DNA from: the human T2T-CHM13v2.0 reference genome, Homo sapiens
Length of the DNA: 64,000 nucleotides
Direction: 5' to 3' (one strand)
NCBI RefSeq assembly: GCF_009914755.1
Contig: NC_060927.1
Shown in pieces: positions 57,420-64,000 of this stretch; position 1 is the first letter of the stretch, and each line of letters starts with the position of its first letter. Below the pieces are notes generated by a model that was given only the letters and a program-made list of their open reading frames with translations, searched no databases and was not told the DNA's origin. The position numbers were made by a program, and so were the translations under genes.

Positions 57420-60400
57420 TTTTTTAAAAATTTTCCTACATCATTAAAGATTTTTATTAAAAATATTTTTTCATAAGTTACAGGGGTACAGGTGATATTT
57501 GGCTACATGAGTAAGTTCTTTAGTGATTTGTGAGATTTTGGTGCACCCATCACCCAAGCAGTATACACTGCACCATATTTGTAGTCTTTTATCCCTCATC
57601 CCCCTCCCACTCTTCCTCCTAGGTCCCCAAAGTCCACTGTGTCATTCTTATGCCTTTGCATCCTCATAGCTTTGCTCCCACATATCAGTGAGAACATACG
57701 ATGTTTGGTTTTCCATTCCTGAGTTATTTCACTTAGAATAATAGCCTTTAATCTCATCCAGGTCACTGCAAATGCTATTAATTCATTCCTTTTTTATGGC
57801 TGCATAGTATTCCATCATAGATATATATAAATATATATAAATATATATAAATATATATAAATATATATATAAATATATATAAAATATATATAAATATATA
57901 TATTTATATAAATATATATAAAATATATAAATATATATAAATATGTAAATATATATAATATATTTATAATTATTATATATAATATATATAATAAATTTAC
58001 ATATTTATATATATTTATATAAATATATATATTTATATATATATTTATATATATTTATATATATATTTATATATATTTATATTTATATATATATTTTTAT
58101 ATATTTATATATATTTTTATATATTTATATATTTATATATATATTTATATATATATTTATATATATTTTTATATATATATTTATATATATATTTATATAT
58201 ATATTTATATATATTTTTATATATATATTTATATATATTTATATATATATATTTATATATATATTTTTATATATTTATATATATATATTTATATATATAT
58301 TTTTATATATTTATATATATTTATATATATTTATATATATATTTATATATATATTTATATATATTTATATATATATATTTATATATATATTTATATATAT
58401 TTATATATATATATTTATATATATATATATATATTTATATATATTTATATATATATATATTTATATATATTTATATATATATATTTATATATATATTTAT
58501 ATATATTTATATATATATATTTATATATATTTATATATATATTTATATATATTTATATATATATATTTATATATTTATATATATTTATATATATATTTAT
58601 ATATTTATATATATTTATATATATATTTATATATTTATATATATTTATATATATATTTATATATTTATATATATTTATATATATTTATATATATTTATAT
58701 ATTTATATATATTTATATATTTATATATATTTATATATTTATATATATTTATATATTTATATATTTATATATATTTATATATATATTTATATATTTATAT
58801 ATATTTATATATATATTTATATATATTTATATATATATTTATATATATATTTATATATATTTATATATATTTATATATATATTTATATATATATTTATAT
58901 ATATTTATATATATTTATATATTTATATATATTTATATATATTTATATATTTATATATATTTATTTATATAAATATAAATATATATAAATATATATATAT
59001 ATATATGCCACAGTTTCTTTATCCACTCTCTTTTCTTGGTTAATCTTGCCAATGGTCTATCAATTTTATATCTCTTGTTAAAGAACCAGCTTTTTGTTTC
59101 ATTTACCTTTTGTATTTTTTTGTTTCAATTTCATTTAGTTCTGCTCTGATCTTGGTTATTTTCTTTCTTCTGCTGGGTTTGGGTTTGGTTTGTTCCTGTT
59201 TTTCTAGCCCCTTGAGGTATGACCTTACAGTGTCGGTCTGTGCTCTTTAATTCTTTTTGATGTAGGCCTTTAGGGCTATGAACTTTCCTCTTAGCACTGC
59301 CTTTGCTGTATCCCAGAGGTTTTGACAGATTGTCATTATTGTTGTTCAGTTTGAAGAATTTTTTAGTTTTCATCTTAATTTTGTTTTTGATCCAATGCTC
59401 ATTCAGGAGCAGGTTATTTAATTTCCAAGTATTTGCATGGTTTTGAAAGTTCCTTTTGGAGTTGATTTCCAGTTTTATTCCACTGTGGTCTGAGAGAGTG
59501 CTTGATATAATTTCAATTTTTTTAATTTATTGAGGTTTATTTTATGGCCTTTCATATGGTCTGTCTTAGAGAAAGTTCTACTCACTGTTGAATGGAATGT
59601 GTATTCTGCAGTCGTTGGATGAAATGTTCTGTATATGTCTATCTATAAGTCCATTTGTTCCATATAGTTTAAATCGTTTCTTTGTTGACTTTGTCTTGAT
59701 GACATGTCTAATGCTGTCAGTGGAGTCTTAAAGTTTCCCACTACTATTGTGTTGCTGTCTATCTCATTTCCTAGGTCTATTAGTAATTGTTTTCTAAATG
59801 TGGGTGCTCCAGTGTTAGGTGCATATCTGTTTAGGATTGTGATATTTTCCTGTTGGACAAGGCTTTTACCATTATGTAATGTCCCTCTTCATCTCTTTTA
59901 AGTGCTGTTGCTTTCAAGTTTGTTTTGTCTGATAAAATAGCTACTCCTGCTCGCTTTTGGTGTCCATTTGCATGAAATGCCTTTTTCCACCCCTTTACTT
60001 TAAACTTATGTGAGGCCTTATATGTTAGGTGAGTCTCCTGAAGGCAGCAGATGGTTGGTTCGTGACTTTTTATCCATTCTGCAGCTCTGCATCTTTTAAG
60101 TGGAGCATTTAGGCCATTTACATCTAATGTTAGTATTGAAATGTGAGGTACCATTGCATTCATCATGCTGTTTGTTGCCCATGTATCTTGAGTTTTTTTT
60201 TTCCTTTTTAACTTGTATTTTTGTTTTATAGGTCCTGTGTGATTTATGCTTTAAAGAGACTCTGTTGTGATGTGTTTCCAGGATTTGTTTTAAGATTTAG
60301 AGCTCTTTTAGCAGTTCTTGTAGGGGTGGCTTGGTAATGGTGAATTCTCTCAGCATTTGTCTGTCTGAAAAAGACTATATTTTTCCTTCATATATGATGC

Positions 60401-62545
60401 TTAGTTTTGCTGGATACAAAATTCTTGGCTGATAATTGTTTTGTTTGAGGAGGCAGAAGATAGGGCCTCAATCCCTTCTGGCTTGTATGGTTTCTGCTGA
60501 GAAATTTGCTGTTAATCTGAAAGGTTTTCCTTTACATGTTACCTGGTCCTTCTCTCTCACAGCTCTTAAAATTCTTTCCTTCATCTTAACTTTGGATAAC
60601 CTGATGAAAATGTGCCTAGGTGAATATCTTTTTGGATGAATTTCCCAGGTGTTCTTTTTGCTTCTTTTATTTGGATGTCTAGATCTCTAGCAAGGCCAGG
60701 GAAGCTTTCTTCTATTAGTCCCCCAAATATGTTTTCCAAGCTTTTAGATTTCTCTTCTTCCTCAGGAACACCAATTATTCTTAGGTTTGATTGTTTAACA
60801 TAATCCCAGACTTCCTGGAGGTTTTGTTCATATTTTCTTATTCTTTTTTCTTTGTCTTTGTTGGATTGGGTTAATTTGAAGACCTTGTCTTTGAGCTCTA
60901 AATTTTTTTCTTCTACTTGTTCAATTCTATTGCTGAGACTTTCCAGAGCATTTCACATTTCTAAAAGTGTGCTCAAAGTTCCTGAATTTTGTATTGTTTT
61001 TTCTTTAACCTATCTATTTCATTGAATATTTCTCCCTTCACTTCTTGTATCATTTTTTGGATCTCCTTGCACTGGGCTTCACCTGTCTCTGGTCCCTCCC
61101 TGATTAGCTTAATAACTAACCTCCTGAATTCTTTTTCAGGTTAATCAGGGATTTCTTCTTGGTTTGGTTCCATTGCTGGTGAACTAGTGTGATTTTTGGG
61201 GGTGTTCATGAGTCTTGTTTTGTCATATTACCACGGTTTTCTGGTTCCTTCTCATTTGGGTAGGCTCTGTCAGAGGGAAGGTCTAGGGATGAAGGCTGTT
61301 CTTCAGATTCTTTTGTCCCACATGATGTTCCCTTGTTGTAGTACTCTCCCCCTTTTCCTATGGATGCGGCTTCCTGTGAGCCAAACTGCAGTGATTGTTG
61401 TCTCTCTTCTGGGTCTAGCCACCCAGCAAGTCTACCCAGTTTTGAGCTGGTACTGGGGGTTGTCTGCACAGAGTTTTGTGATGTGAACCGTCTATGGGTC
61501 TCTCAGTGGTGGATACCAGAGCCTGTTCCAGTGGAGGTGGTGGGGGATGCAATGGACTCTGTGAGGGTTCTTAGCTTTGGTGGTTCAATGCTTTATTTTT
61601 GTGCTGGTTGGCCTCCTGTCAGGAGGTGGCGCTTTCCAGAGAGCATCAGCTGTGGTAGAATGGGGAGGAACCGGTGGTGGGTGGGGCCCTAGAACTCCCA
61701 AGATTATATGCCCTTTGTCTTCTGCTACCAGGGTGGGTAGGGAAGGACCATCAGGTGGGGGTGGGGCTAGGCATGTTTGAGCTCAGACTCTCCTTGGGCA
61801 GGTCTTCCTGCAGCTGCTGTGGGGAATGGGGGTGAGATTCCCAAGTCACTGGAGTTGTGTATGTAGGCGGATTATGGCCGCCTCTTCTGAGTCACGCAGG
61901 TTGTCAGGGAAGTGGGGGAAAGCTGGCAGTCACAGGCTTCACCCAGCTCCCACACAAACTGAAGAGCCAGTCTCACTCCAAAGGGCTTGGTTCTTCCCCT
62001 GCCTGTGGAGCCTGCACACCAGATTTGTGCCCTCCCCCGAGTTCTGGCCAGAAGGCTTCTCATCCAGTTCAAATTGTTACAAAGTTGAGCTATAGATATG
62101 CTTCTCCCCGTGTAGTTTTACCCAGTGCTCATCTCGCGTTGGATCACTGTGGTGCCAGGCAGGAGTGGCCTGCTAGGAGACCCAGCAAGCTCCCAGGGCC
62201 TTTCTGCTGCTTCCTCTACCCCTGTATTTCACTCAGCTCTCCAAATTGACTCAGCTCCAAGTAAAGTCGGAAACTTCTCCCACAAACAGACCTTCAGCTT
62301 CTCCAGTAGGAGTGTGTGTTTGGGAGAGGAGGGTCTCCCTTTCCCACTTGGATCACTCACAGTTTTGGGGATGTCTCCCAGGTCCTGCAGGAGCAGACCC
62401 CTTTCTTCAGAGGGTCTGTGGGTCCTCTGGGGATCGCTGGTTTGTTCTTGCAGTCAATTTGGAGCTAAAACTCACAATATGAGCCCCCGCACACTGCTCT
62501 GTCCAGAGCTGCAATCTAGTCCTGCCTCCCTTCTGCCATTATGAT
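57420..62545 (-). mobile_element. L1PB1-like LINE-1 with 5'UTR, ORF1, 5' part of ORF2 and 3'UTR; internal ORF2 deletion and an expanded AT tract
   Basis: L1PB 3'UTR (ggggtacaggtgatatttggctacatgagtaagttc); ORF 59831-60166 (-) MMNAMVPHISILTLDVNGLN marks the ORF2 start; 5'UTR reaches ~62545. Confidence 0.92.
57821..59006. repeat. ~1.19-kb (TA)n-derived, nearly pure A/T repeat
   Basis: ATATATATAA and ATATATATTT-type units; I see only one G (57945) and one C (58000). Confidence 0.97.
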
Positions 62546-64000
62546 CGAACCTCTTCTTTTTATGTTTCTTTAAAGGTCCACTGTATGATCACTGAAAGCT
62601 CTGGAACCTTGCTAAATCTACATTGCTTGACTTCATTTATCAAGATAAATTGTCTTACTACTAAAACTTTATGCATTCAGATCTCTTAACAGATGAGCCA
62701 TTTTAAACTGGTTAAAAAATTTATGTATATAATTCAGTAAAAACAGTTGCAAAGATATAAATACATTTGTCATGAAATAAGTTAATGAAGATATCAGAAT
62801 TCTTAAGAGCCCAATTAAACTGCAGTTATTCATTGCACACCTTTTGTGCACTGGATGCAAATGTACTCAGGTCCTTTATTGCAAAAATGAAGTGCTAGAC
62901 TGAGAAACTGAAGCCATATAAAAGCAGTAATTGGTTTCTCAAATGCAGTTATTATGTGCTGAGTTATTATAAACAATTTCTCATCCCCTTTACCAGGATT
63001 AGTGTTTACGGTTAATGGAAGGTCATAACTTTTACTTTATTATTTGTGTGCTTTATTGCCAGAGTCATTGGTGGTATATTATTGTGATTTACTTGCATGA
63101 ATTTTTTTGTTTACACATAAGAAAGTACATATTGATTTTTTTAGAAAGATCAAGATTTATTTTATTATGTGTGTGAAATATATTTCACTTTAATTGGAAA
63201 CTTTAAATTGGCTTATAATAAATTACATATATATGAAATACTTTAAATTGGCTTATAATAAGGAAACTTTAAATTGGCTTACAATAAATTACATATATAT
63301 GAAATACTATCTAAAAATATTCTGCCTACATTATCATCATGGATGCTCTAAAGTTTATGCTTCTATTAAAGTGATAGATAACATTGACATGAGCAAACAA
63401 AATCTTTAAAGAAAAAAAGATGAGACAATTATCTTTTAGTACATTTAATTACTTCATCATTTTTATTTTCCAAATTATGTTACCAAAATTTTTGTCTAAA
63501 AATTGAAACTAGAAAATACTATAAGAACACTAATACTGAATGATATTTTTATAAGTTTTAGGCTTTCTGATTAATAACCATTACCTTGTAAATATCTAAG
63601 TTCTCAGGTACTTAAGTTTAGGGTCTTAGTAGTTAACTTAGATTAATTCCATATTTGTCAAAGTTTATTGAAAATTGATGCAATTATTTTTCTCTAACAG
63701 TAGGATTCACCCTTAAAATGTATATAGTTTTACACTACAATTTTAAATACAGAATCTGGTAAGACTAATTTACACTTATATCACACTGAGACTGTGTAAT
63801 TGCTAGAATGCCACATGCATCTTTAAAATACATACATATTATAAATTCCTTGCTACGACGTGGAGCTGCACAAAAAGACTTACTGGATATCCTAATTAAT
63901 ACAAAAAGATCTCTTTAAAGTGCATAACTTTAAAGGCACTGATTTCATGAAATTCCAAAGTCTTCCAGTTAAGCATTTACCTAGTTATAATTAGTTCCAA

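Noticed and set aside
57400-62575. TSD for the L1PB element
   Set aside because: Only a weak tatg..ttcttt similarity on the two sides; too degenerate to call.
63196-63308. Repeat-spacer-repeat pattern resembling a CRISPR array
   Set aside because: Eukaryotic context, only 2-3 units, spacers not unique, and no cas genes.

Overview
Primate genomic DNA, very probably human (it holds an SVA and an AluYa5/Ya4-type element). The window is AT-rich and dense in transposable elements. I find no protein-coding exon, RNA gene or CRISPR array; the long ORFs come from L1, SVA, Alu or LTR sequence, or are chance. The main discovery is a full-length SVA (31308-33062) whose 15-bp target-site duplication closes only at 34779-34793. 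It therefore carries a 1.7-kb 3' transduction that ends at an antisense L1 AATAAA, and the SVA's own poly(A) signal is mutated. Other notable features: two Alus of different ages inserted at the same nick, giving a triplicated TSD; a full-length L1PA7-like element inserted into half a MADE1; a 1.19-kb near-pure A/T tract with a true palindrome centre, next to a ~2.5-kb deletion inside an L1PB; and several small templated duplications. Subfamily names come from my recall of consensus sequences, not from a database search. Boundaries of old repeats are approximate.
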